Positions 11,350 to 22,940 of a stretch of DNA of 64,000 nt are shown piece by piece. The position numbers were made by a program, and so were the translations under genes. Location of the stretch: positions 728,972 through 792,971 of the forward strand of contig MU055458.1 in the NCBI GenBank assembly GCA_013239625.1, read 5' to 3'. This DNA comes from Lama guanicoe (lineage: Eukaryota). Below the pieces are notes generated by a model that did no database searches, was not told the origin of the DNA, and saw nothing but the letters and a program-made list of their open reading frames with translations. Numbering within the stretch: position 1 is the first letter of the stretch; each line of letters starts with the position of its first letter.

Positions 11350-12630
11350 CAAGCTGGGCTGCGGAGGGCAAGGGATTCCCGCGCCATCCACAGGTAATGA
11401 GTCCCCAGCGCAGGAAGGGGCCGGGGAAGCCTGCAATTTGCCTGCCTCTGGCGCCCGCCCGCCCGTTTTCCAGCCTCTTCTGCCAAATGAGAAGTCGCAC
11501 ATGGGGTCCTCAGAACTGCCAGGCTGTCCGTCCCCTCCCCCTCCAGGGAAAAGCAGAAAGGACGAACAACTAAGTGTGTAGAGGCAGCCCACCCGACAAC
11601 GCCGCCGCGGCCCCGCCCGCGCCGAGCCTCTCTGTCCCGTCCCTATCACTCTGCGGTGGGGCAAAGTGCTGGCCCAGCTCAGGGCTCCGAGCAGGCCCCG
11701 CGCTCACAAAGCCCGGGCACCATCTTCCCGCCCCCGCACAGCAGCTATTTATAGCTGGGGAAGCACCGCGCGGGGCGCCGCTGCCCACCCCCGGCCCGCT
11801 CACCATCCCCGGGAGCGGCCGGTGTAGCTCCGGGTCGGGTCCGCGCCGCCCGCCGCGAAGTTGCTGGGTCGGCGCGGTGAGCGGCTTTCGCTTTCGCGCG
11901 GCCGGCGCAGCGCACACCCCCGCGCGCCCACTTGCGGCCCCGGCTGGGTCGGCTGGGCTCACCCGGGGCTCGCTGGCTGGCTTGTCCCCCGGGCCGCCGC
12001 CCACCCCCTTACGTCGCCCCGGCCCGCCCGCCGCCCACCTGGCGCTGTGCGGGGCGCCGGCCGTGGGCAGGGGGCGCCTCGGCCCCGCCGCCAGCGACTT
12101 CCTCCGCAGCGGCGCCCGGGAAACCGCGGCCCGCGGGCTTCCTGCTGCGCCAGGCGGGCCAGGAGTCGGGTGGGGGGCGTCCGCCCGAGGCGGCCCCGAG
12201 GACTGAGCCAAAGCTCCGGAGGGCGGAGAGCCGAGCAGGGAGAGGGAAGAGACGGTGGCGGCCCCGGGCAAGTTCCTACCCGCCGGCCCCGCCGTGGCAT
12301 CGGTGCAGCGGAGCTAGGGCGGGCGCCGGGCCATGGCGCGGAGGCTCGCTTGCTCGCGGCGGGCCGGGGCGGGGCGGCAGGGCCGGACGGGGCGCGGGCG
12401 CTCGCTCGCTGCTCGGCCTGGAAGCCGGCCCAGCGGCACAACTGACTTTGCCGGCCAATCCTCGCGGGTTCCGGGCCGGCGCGGCGGTGATACCGGGGGC
12501 ACAGCCCTCTCCGCGAGACTGTGGGACCGGGCATCCCAGACATAGCAGGTTAGGGGCGGCCGGGAGTGCGGAGGGACCAGCGATAAGAGGCCAGCGCCGC
12601 ACCAGGCTGGGCTGCCGTCCTCACCCTGCA
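11350..12630. promoter_or_regulatory. Intronic CpG island, candidate internal CABIN1 promoter
   Basis: Very high GC and CpG density against CpG-depleted flanks; GC box GGGGCGGGGC 12366-12375, CCAAT 12455-12459, E2F-type TTTCGCGC 11892-11899, MEF2/TATA-like CTATTTATAG 11745-11754. Confidence 0.85.
11745..11754. promoter_or_regulatory. MEF2 consensus site CTATTTATAG
   Basis: Exact CTA(A/T)4TAG; the only AT-rich block in the CpG island core. Confidence 0.65.
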
Positions 12631-15600
12631 CGGGGTACCTCTGTGAACGGTCCCCTGGAGTTGTGCCCTGAGGGCCCTGTGCCAGGCAGAGGTGTGGGTG
12701 CGGGGGGCACTCAGCCAAATAGAGCAGTCCTCACTGCTCCGGTGGGGCTGTGGGGGTTGGAGTGAAGAGGAGGGCAGGACACAGAGCCCAGTGTCCCCGA
12801 GTGGGCTTTCCAACTGGGAGGGGCCTTGTTTTACACTGGGCTGTGAGGCCCAGCAAGCAGAGGGCACTGGGCAGAGGAGTGGGAGCGGCAGGGCTGGGCA
12901 GAAGCCAGGTAGGCGCAGGATCCCCCCAGCCTCTGCATCTGGCAGGGGATGATGCCCATTCTAAGACAAGGATGCCCCCACAGTGCCTTCCTCTCTGGTT
13001 TGCTGTGGTGCAGATGGCCCTGGAATTGTCCACCTACTCCTAGAAGCTTCTGCCCCAGCTGAGAGGCCAAGCAAAGGCAGGGCAGGGCTGGATGGAGACA
13101 CGCTGCCCCCAGCCCTGGTCAGGCACCATGCCCCCACAGTCACTTCTCTCTCACACCTCAGCACCATGAGCGCCTGGCTCTGTCCTCCTTCCCAACACAC
13201 CCAGCAGCCTCAGAGCCACCTGGCCCCTATCCTGGTGACACCTGACCTAATGACATCTCCCCAAGCCAGGTGGTTTCCACCTTTCTACCCAGGTTCCTGC
13301 ACCAGCTTTCCCATACTTGCCACATGCCCCTACCCCTTCAGCCAGGGAGATGTCACACTCTCTGCCTGCCCTCCTTCCTGGGGACACCAGGGCAGTGTCT
13401 CACACTCCCTGGAGGACCACACCTGGATTCCCAGAGGTCATGCAGGGAGGCAGCCACCTCGAGGCGGTGCCCATTGAGGGCTAGGTCTTAGGCAAGGGGT
13501 TCTCAAGCCACATGTCCTTAAGTCACAATAGTCACCTACTGTCCATACTGAGTCATCATGACACCCACACGTGGAAACAGACTCAGAGTGACATGGCAGT
13601 AAGTCCAGTGTGGCCAAGACCACCCCCAGGCCTGGCCGGCTCTAGAGAGGGTAGGGACACTCCCCCACCGGCTGTCCCCAAGGCTGGAGCAGACCCAGGA
13701 CGCTTGTGCCCTGCACAGCTCACAGCCTCCCTTCATACCTCATCCTTTTCCTGTGAGGTCAAGTCAGACCCAGGGAGGCTGAGGACACATGCTCGTCACA
13801 CCTAGGCCAGGAAGAAATGATCTGTGTTGTGTGTGGATCCCCAGAAACCATATGGTGCGCACCAAGGCCTGGGGTGGGTGTGGGTGGCCCAGGGTGGGTG
13901 AGGGGAGCTCAGGGGTGAGGGGAGAGGTGCCCTGGGTGAACGCTGGCTCCTGGCACCACGAGATGCCCTGCACTTGAGCCGTTTGTGCTAGCCTCTCCAG
14001 AGTTGAGACAGGCACCATCTCCAGCCAACATGCCACCAAACAGGGAGGTGAAGACTCCTCCCTGAACCTCAGGGGTATGTGCTTCTTTGCACAAGAGCCA
14101 CCCCTTAGAGCTTCTAATCAACGCGCTGTGATGCGGGGGACTGGTGGGCCTGGAGAACTTCTGGGGCCTGAAAGAATCTTGTGCCCTATGCAGCACCCTA
14201 TGCAGGAGAGTCTGTGGGTTCTAGAAGCCCACAAAGCACTTGGTCATGCAGGACACAGGCCCCAGACTGCTACCTGGGAGAAACAGTCACTCAGCCACCT
14301 CAGGCTACCCCCGAGCACAGTGCCACCCATGGGGCCACCCCACGGCCAGCAGGAGCCCCATGAGCAGGGAGGTACTGGCTGTTCTGGGTTCATCCTGGGG
14401 GTGGGGGTGTCCCTGTCCACCTGCCTGGGCACTAAAGGGTGTGTTCCTGTTCCTGGAGTCACTCTTGTCACTGGCCAAGTCACAGCAAGTGCCGGGGGAC
14501 TGCCTGAGCCTGGACAGGCTCCCAGGAGGAGGATGGATATAGTGGTGGGTACTCAGCCTGGGGCGGAAGACGTGCCCAGCATCTAAGAAGCCCCTCACCC
14601 TCAGGGCAGGATGAATCTCCCACTATCAGGGTGCACCCTCTACCCCACTGCCTCTCCAAGGGACACGCAACCTTAAACCTCCCAGAGCAAACGTCAACAA
14701 TCCATCCTAAGAGGAAAACAAACTCAGGGCATCACCTAATCACCACGAGGGCTGCCCCTGTTCATCCTCTGCACCGCAGCCACTTCTGAGATGCACAGTG
14801 CCTGCTGCTCTAAGGATGACACACGTGCACCCTCCTGGTGGCTGCAGAGATGGAGCTGAGAGCTGGCCATCTGGGGGCCCAGGGACAGTTGCCGAAGCCA
14901 GATGCAGCCAGAGAAGGTGAGGCCAGACAGCCATGGCCTTGTCTGTGTGGGCACCCCTGGCAGGGGCAGTGGGGGTGAGGAGGAGGGGGCCGGAGGCTAA
15001 GTCCAGACTGTCTTGAGATATTGATGTCAAGTGAGGGGCAACAGAAGACTAACAGTGGCCTTGAGGAAGAGGCTCATATACGTTCATGAGGGGAAGGAAG
15101 ACTCCAAGGCCAAGAGGCACATGGTGGACCTGGGAGAGGAAGCCAGCCTGAAGGGCGAATGTGTGCAATACTCCAAGCCCACGCCCAGGGCGGCTAGCAG
15201 ACAGCTTGGGGCAGCTCACACTGGTTGGCAGCACAGCTCCCTGAGCAGCCACAGTCCTCCTTGGAAACATGCACCTGGCCTTTGGCTCACGTGCTGGTGA
15301 GGGTGAGCCTGCCACAGGCCCGCATCCCCAGCGAGGTGGGCTCCCAGTCCTGCAAAGCCAAGGCCCTGACCCAGAGGTGGCTGCTGCCCAAGGTGCTACC
15401 TGCTGAGCTGCTAGGGGGTGGGGTGGGGGAACCACGTGGCCCTCGCGGCCACCTCTTCTCAAGACCTGAGCCCACACAGACCTGCAGGTTGCTCCTGGTT
15501 CCTCCTGCCGGAAGTTACCCCAGCACCCTCCATCCCCATTCTAACCCCGGTCTTCCCCAGGCTGGGTCCAGTGCTGCCTTTCAGGCAGCAAGGACGCTTT

Positions 15601-18529
15601 CTGGAGTCAACAGTCCAAATTCTCAGTGCCGGCGGTTGAAGTTGCCAGCTGGTCTGGAGGCACAGGCCTCCCTGCTGTGGACACTGGCTCTGTGCACCAC
15701 GTGCCTGGACAACCTCTCTGCCGAGAGCATGCCAGCCAGAGATGGCTGGGCCTCAGTCCCACGCCACCCAGCTTCCTTCTGGTGCACAGACCCAGCCACA
15801 GGCTTGCTACATTCTCCCTGGAGCCTCGCCTGGGCTCTGAAGCTGCAAAGTGTCTCTGACGTCACTGAGTCCAGCTGCTCTGCCTATCTGACCCACGAGC
15901 AAGGACACAGGCAGGGAACAGGGAAATGACCTGCCCAGGGAAACACAGAAGGTTGAGTGCCAGGACCCCGTCCCTGGGTCTGGGGCCACGTCTGCTGCAG
16001 CAGCTGTGCCCATGCCACACTCGGCTCCATGGGGACGAGCACATGAGCCCCTGGTGTGCACGCATCCCCACCAGGGCCTGAGCTAGAGGGCCTGCCTTGG
16101 CCCCAGTACCACGAGGCGGAGCCGGGGTCTTGGTCGCGGATGCCAATGGGCAGACACTGACATGGCTGTGGCCCGAGTCGGCCTGGCTCACCCGCACTTC
16201 CAGCACAGCTCAGGGCTCAGAAGCAGAGCTGGCCACTGAGGGAGAGAAACGAGGGTGAGGTGGGGGAAGAAGTGGCCAGTGTCTAGGGTGCATGCTGATG
16301 GACAGTGAGCTCCCCATATCAGGGGAGCGGGGAACAGAGGGGAAACGGGCGAGGGGCCTGGGCAATCAGGGTTGGCCAGTGGGCCCATGTGGAGGGCGGG
16401 CAAGGGTTTAGTGTGTGCAGTGGGGCTGCTGTATGCGGCCTCCGTGTAAAGAGGGATTGCATGGGCCTGGGGAAGGGGCAGGGTGGAGAGAAGCCAGCAG
16501 ACTCTGAAGCCTCGGGCTGATCTGGGACTCGGGGTGTGTTTGATGGGACCCACGAGAGCCTCCTTGGAGCAAGAGGATGATAACCCTGGCTCCTGCGAGT
16601 CTGTCCCATGTCAGGGTAGAAGCGAGAGCCGCTGCCCAGGCTTCTAGAATAGCCCACACTTTGGAGGGCTGCTGAGCTGCTACCGTTTCATCTCAGGAGG
16701 GGAGCCCGCATCCTAGAAAAGCCATGTCTGACATGCACGCTGAGAAAACTAGGACAGCCCGTCCATTGTCTGACCCCTGGTCCCCAACGAACGGCCTCTC
16801 TGGGCCTCCAAGTGGGCTGCTGAGTGCGTGGGGCAAGGCTGAGGCCACAAGTGGGGCAGTGGCCTTGGCCTGTGCCAGATGTCTTACCTGGATGACCTGC
16901 ACAGGATCCTCGTGCAGGGAGGGGCTGAGCTGAAGGGGCAGCAGTGACCAGGCACTGATCACAAAAGAGAGCCGACGTTCCAGAAGCCGGCACCTGCACG
17001 GGCCTTCGGGTCCTGAGGTGGCTCACAGCCGCCGCGGCTCAAGCCCACCGCCTCCTCCAGACCCTTCAAACCTCATGTAGATTATAAGGGGAACGAACTT
17101 GTCCAGGCTTGTCCTGCAGAGCAGGGCTGAGCGCCTAATCTGCAGAGGTGCCCCCAAACCAGAACAGATTCTGGTGTGACCAGAAGCCACGACCCCAGCA
17201 CAGCACCCTTCCCTCCTCTAGAGCCACACGCAGCATCTGCTAAGGCCCAGGGGCCTCCCACTGTACTGTGGGAACAGGACAAAGACTGCCCCTAGGAGGG
17301 GGGCCACCATTCAGAGCTCACCACACCTGTGGGACACTCCTGCTGGCCGGCAGCGGAACTTCCAAAGGCCTAAGTTTGCGTGCAGCCCACACTGCACCGT
17401 GTGTCTGGTCACCCCGTGGCCAGAACTCACCCTCCCCCACATGCCCCTCTGGCTCTTCTCGGTCCACCTGTGCACTCTGGAATCTCTCCAGGCACCTTCT
17501 TCAGGTCCACCCTCCAAGCTGCACAGCCCTCGACCACAGCACTCTGCCCTGGAACCCTGCAGTAGTCCCACCTAGGCAGGACAGAGGCAGCCTGCTGACT
17601 GTGGATGCAGGTGGCCCTATTGATGGCGCGATCTGCTCTCTCCAGGATCTAGGGCTGCCTGCATCCAGCCCAGTGCTGACCCGCACATCCCACTGTCCTC
17701 CTGTGCTCCTCCCTCCTGGAACACCTTTGCCCCAGTCTATCCAATAGTCTTGCCAACCCCAAGGTCAGTCCAGGTCACTAGGAGTGTTCCGGATCACCTG
17801 CCTCCTTCCTCCTGCTGTGGCTGGTCGACACTCCTCTCCTGCACCCTTAGCACCCAGAGACTCACCCAGGGTGCCGGGGTGCTGCTCACACCCAGCCTGA
17901 CGAGGAGGTGAAGCTGGGGAGAGGGCTCCTGCAGGTTCAGGGCCCTCCCTCTGAGGGCTCACTGTGCCACTGGGAAGGGCCCGGGTCTGAGCTGAGCATG
18001 GCCTGGAGCCTGGGGCTCCCCAGCCCTCCTCTGAGGGGTACCAAGTGGGTTCCTCTCTGGAAATAAAGCCCAGTGCTGAGCCAAGGGGACCAGGGGGGGG
18101 CCTCCCCCACAGCCCAGAGCTGACCCTCGCTCGTACTTTCTGAGCAAATCTGCCAATGTCCCCATGTAGGGGACAGGGTCTGGGAGTCTGTGCCACAGCT
18201 GATGATAGTCTGGGGTCGCTGGGAAAGGTCCACGTGCCCTGGCACATCCTAATTTTAGACTAAATTTAGACACACATTTAGAGGTCAGCTTTCCCAAATT
18301 TATGTTTTTAATCAACTAAACTACTGCATGTCCTTCAAGGGCCTTCCCAGTTGGCCCTTATCCACCTCACCTCCTCCCCAGTGACCCTCATCACCCTTGT
18401 GCTCTCATCCACAAGCTCCCCCGCCCTGCTCCCTCGTCCTCCTGCAAGGGTCCTGACCCTGTCATACAATGGCCCAGGGCACACAGCAGTAATGGTCTTC
18501 CCCGATCCTCGATAACCCCCTGAAGTAGG

Positions 18530-18605
18530 TCTGGTCAGTCCCACTTTGCAGAAGAAACTGAACATTACCAACGTTGACCAGCTTACCCAGAGCCATCAGC
18601 TAGGG
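18530..18605 (-). mobile_element. MIR fragment (similar MIR cores near 7380, 19165, 21955, 36740, 43234, 44920)
   Basis: cccactttgcagaagaaactga...cttacccagagccatcagctagg resembles the MIR core. Confidence 0.55.
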
Positions 18606-21439
18606 TTTAGGAGGGACAAGCATGGCGCAGGGCCCAGGCTGGCGGGAAAGCAGAGCGAAGCCGTGGGCAGCCCACGTGTGTGAGGTCTGGGCCTGCGCCT
18701 GCGAGGGAGTCCTTGCTCCGCCCTCCCCTGGCGCTCAGGGGCCACAGCTTGTCACTATGGAAACCAGGCAGGGGCTCCTGGAGCCCGCAGCTCTGGTTTG
18801 GATTTCAAACCCAATGCCGCTCTCTCAGGAGCAACTTGTCAAACTTTCCAAATAGGAAATGTGGAAAGAAAAGAGAAAAATTTCCAGTTTGAAGCCACCC
18901 TAGAAAGATGGCCTGGCCTCTGAGCCTGGGAAGCCTTGTCTGGGTCAGCAGAGCGGTGGCAGTGCAGAGAACCTGCAGCCTCCCTGGGCTCCTGCCCCTC
19001 CTTCCAGGGAGCTGGCGGGTGGGTGTGCGGCTGGGCAGGTGGGCCCGCCCTTCCTGTCTCTGCTGAGCAGCTGCCCGTTCGTGTTTGCTGGTGGATGTGT
19101 GAGAAAGGGTTCTTTGGAAAAAGGGCTGGAAAACCACTGACCTCATCCAGCTGTCCCACCCTTGGAGATGGGGAAACTGAGGTCAGAAGGGGCAAGGACC
19201 AGGAAGTCAACAGCAGGGCAGGGTCACCAGGCCCAGAGCAGGTTCCCAAAGGATCTGCAGGTCAGCCCAACGTGGACCCCAGGCTGTGGCCCCCGAGTCC
19301 TGCCAGGCTCCGGGCCTCCTGCTGTCCACAAGCCCCAGCCACACATACAGAGGCTCCTGGAGCAAAGCCCCACACAGGGCAACCCTGCTATTATGCACAG
19401 CAAAGGAAGGGAGCCCTCGGGCCAGAGTGTAACCTTCAACCCTGGGGCTCGAGGGCACTCAGGGCCCCAGAGAACCTCAGGTGGCCCCAGGTTCACGAGA
19501 ACCTCCCCACCCCCCGACAAGCAATCCCAGGCAGCCTGGCCATGTGAGACACTCCCGAACTGGAGCAAGCGCAGTGGTCGCGCCTGGGCCATGTCCTGAA
19601 CACCAGGCTGCTCCCTGGGCCTCAGGTGTGTGGCTTGTGGCCACCTCGACACAGTTGGGATCAGAGGGCCCTCGAGTGCCAGGTGCTGGGCACTCACATC
19701 CCCACCTCACAGACAATGAGACTGGGTCTGTGTGGGGACCTGGCACCCTGGCTCAGCCAGAGGCACCAGGCCTCCAGGGCATCCTAGCAGGAAGCAGAGA
19801 GCTCTGGCTCAGCCCCCAGCCTACCACTCCCTGGCTTGGTGGTTCAGGGCTTGGTGGCTCAAGGCCTCACCTCTAAACACGGTAACGTGACGCCCCTCTC
19901 TCTCCCCTGCCAAGCTTGGATGTGGCCAACTCATCGAGGCCAGGCAAACAGGAAGACACCAGGCACCATGGCCATGCAGAGTGGGCTCTAGCCTCCAATA
20001 CTGCCAGGCTGGGTGCAGTCTGGGTGTGGGCAGGTGGTGGGCAGGGGGCTCGGAGAGGCACTCCAGCTCTGATCCTCACAGGCTGCGTAATGCTGGCCTC
20101 TGCTCGCTCATTGCTCATCATGAGGTGGGAATACAGGGCCATGGGGAGGAGGAAATGGGAGCATCGGGGCGGCGTCTGCCACCCCCGAGATCCTCTGCGT
20201 CCCAGGGAAGCCAGCGGGGGGGCCTCCATCCACTCGGCAGAGGCCCACTCACTGACATGCTTTCCCACCTCAGCTTAGGAGCCAGGCCACATCCACCACC
20301 CTCCCACAGGCCAGAGTCACAGGGAGGGCCTGCGTGGGGAGGGAGCCCCAGTGCTCTGAGGACAATGCAGAGACCCGGCACAGAGGTCTCTGGAGCCCCT
20401 CTTCCTCTCAGCCCTGGGATGGGCCCCCGCAGCCCCTGCCCGGCCAGTCCTGCAGCCTCAGCTGACACAGGCCTCCTGTAGCCCTCCCCACGCTCCCAGC
20501 CATCCCTGGTCTGGGCCTGCCCTGCTCTGCTGCCCAAAGGCTCATGAGGGCCCCACACCTCCTCCCGGAAGTGCACCCCCTGCTGCCCTCAGAATCAGGT
20601 GCTGCCCCTCCAGGGATAGAGGTCAGACCTCCATCCAGGCTGAGCCGCTCACATGCCTCAGAAAGATGCAGCAGGGTCGCCTACTCCAGGAACAAGCCTT
20701 TGAGCAAAGAAGGTGACACTGGAAACGTCCTCCTGTCAGGAAAGTTACACAGCAAGCTCTGGACAGGGGCTGTTCTGGACACGGATGCGGACAGTGCAGT
20801 CCTCTGGGCTGGCCAGAAACTGGCGTGGAGGCGCCTGCAGGATGTGGGCCAGGGCTAGTCCTGCTATGTAGGTCGCCTGGCAAGGACCGGCACAGCGGGG
20901 TGGCAAATGCTAAGGGCTGATGAACACTGCCTTCCTCTGCCCAAGCATCCCAGCACGGCCTCCATGGGGCCCACACCAGGACACAGGGCTGCCTCCGTGG
21001 GCCAGGCCAGATGCACGTGGGGAGGACGTCGAGAGGCTGCTTATGTCACGTTCTAGCTGTGAACGCTAGCTCTGAACAGGGGAGCTTGGCCTGGGCAGAG
21101 GTTTAAGACTGCTGTGGTACTGTCAGGCCAGGGGCCTGGGCATCCCATGGCCTTGTCCCTGCCTGGTACCCACAGACAGAGGGGCCTGGCTGGGGACAGA
21201 ATGGTCTTCACACCTGCTCTTGGCTGAGCCTGGCCCAGTAGGCCGGAAGCTGAGAAGTCCCACGAAGCTTGCAGGGCCCAGGACACAGGAAGGAAGGAGA
21301 GTCAGAGCTAAGCAAAGAAGCCACAAGTTTGCTAACCTTTTAAAGACTTAAAAACTGGGCCTTTTTCCCCCAGAGAACTTGAAGTGATTCTTTTGTTTAC
21401 TCTGCTTTTGCAACCGGCCCAGAGATCATCTCAACAACG

Positions 21440-21582
21440 CTAAAAATAGCACCAAGGCAGCAATTCCTACTACTAAGCAGCCAAGCCGAGGAGCTCGTGT
21501 TTCCCCAATTTAAACTTTTCCCTTCCTTCTTGCTCTCTAATTCCCACCGTCGCAACTGGGCTTCCTTTAACCTGACGTCAGG
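21440..21582. promoter_or_regulatory. Candidate enhancer: MEF2 site CTAAAAATAG (21440-21449) plus full CRE TGACGTCA (21573-21580)
   Basis: Both motifs are exact consensus matches; CpG is locally enriched over ~21480-21830. Confidence 0.55.
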
Positions 21583-22853
21583 GCAGTAACCCGCCACAGT
21601 CCCCTCCATCGAGGGCAAGGCCGGGAAGAGAGGCCCGGATGGGGCAGCCGTTGGTGACAACAAATCCCAGACAGCTTCTTCCCGGCGTCAGTCAACGTCG
21701 GTGCGTGGAGCTGAGCCTCTCTTGGGGAAATGGTGGGCTGAGGGGCCGTGGGCCTCTGGGGCATACTGGCGCCCCACTCGAGCACAGACGCAGGTCCGCA
21801 CGCGGGGCAGGCGCGTGGGACGGTGGGCCTGGTGTGCCAGAGCAGGGCTGAGCTGCAGGCCAGGCTCCCCAGCCCACCTCTGCCTGCGCCCACACATCCC
21901 CTGTCCTTCCAGCCCCGCCTGGATCCCAGCTCAGGCACCCACTTGCCGTGTGGCTGAGTCTCAGTTTCCTCACCTATAACGCAGCAAAGATGGTATCCAC
22001 AGAAGTCAAGAGCGGTGTGTGCAGCAGTGCCCGGAGGCACGGCAGGTCGGCTGGCCCCTCCCGCCCATCCTCCACCCCAGCCCCTCTGCCCTGTGAGAAA
22101 GCCTACATTCCAGGCAGGGCCCAGCGGTGTCCAGCACCTGCCTCTGTGTGCCCGCAGCCCCCACCGGCCCCCACAGGGCTCCTGCTGCCTCCTCTGCTCA
22201 GAAGCCCAGCCCTGCTCTGTGGTGTAGGCATCTCCCATGTCACCTCCTCCACCTTCTCAGCCTCCTACTCATGGGACCTCTGGTCACTCCTGTGGAGGGA
22301 GGTGGTTTATTCAGGCCTGGGGGTCTCAAAGAGCACGTGTGCAAAAGTGACTGCAACAGTGAGGCAGGCAGGCTGACACCTGCCAGAGGAGGCAGCCTGG
22401 GGCAGGGCTGGAGGGCCTAAAGAAGCCGGTGTGAGCTTGGGAAGGCTGGACTGTGCAGTGATGCTGTGCATGGAAGAGCCTGGGAGGGGACCCCAGAAGG
22501 GATGCCCAAGCAGTATGTTTTAAAAGGCTGAGGAAGGCACTGAGGGAGGCCGGAGCATGGAGGGACTTACCTGTGGCTTCAACAGACCTGCCTCGTCCCC
22601 ACGTCCCCACACTCCTTCCCCATCTACCCAGCTCCACCAGACCCACTGCAAGCTCAAACTCAGGCTGTGGCCGCCGCCCGCCCACACAGCCGGGGAAGCA
22701 GGCACAGTGCTGACTGGGCCTGTACTCCCTTCACGGTGGCTGGAAACTGGGTTGAAACAAGAAAAAAGCCCTGCCTGCTAAAATCAGTGAACATTTTGGG
22801 GAGGGAGGCAGGGCCACCTCTGGCTTGGTTACTGTGGGAACAATTAAAAAAAG

Positions 22854-22940
22854 TTTTTTTGATGGAGGTACTAGGGATTGAAGCCAGGACCTCGTGCATG
22901 CTAAGCAGGCGTTCTACCACTTGAACTATTCTCCACCCCC
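22854..22940 (-). mobile_element. tRNA-Ala-derived SINE, camelid (Vic-1-like), short form
   Basis: Minus strand GGGGTGGAGAATAGTTCAAGTGGTAGAACGCCTGCTTAGCATGCACGAGGTCCTGGCTTCAATCCCTAGTACCTCC followed by an A-rich tail; degenerate A and B boxes. Confidence 0.8.

Noticed and set aside
11570-12765. Long overlapping ORFs (190-277 aa) on both strands in the CpG island
   Set aside because: Pro/Gly/Ala/Arg-rich translations with no recognisable domain, mostly non-ATG starts; expected from stop-codon scarcity at very high GC.
22861-22940. Functional tRNA-Ala(AGC) gene
   Set aside because: Degenerate B box and stems, A-rich tail, and a related copy at 54033; better explained as a SINE.
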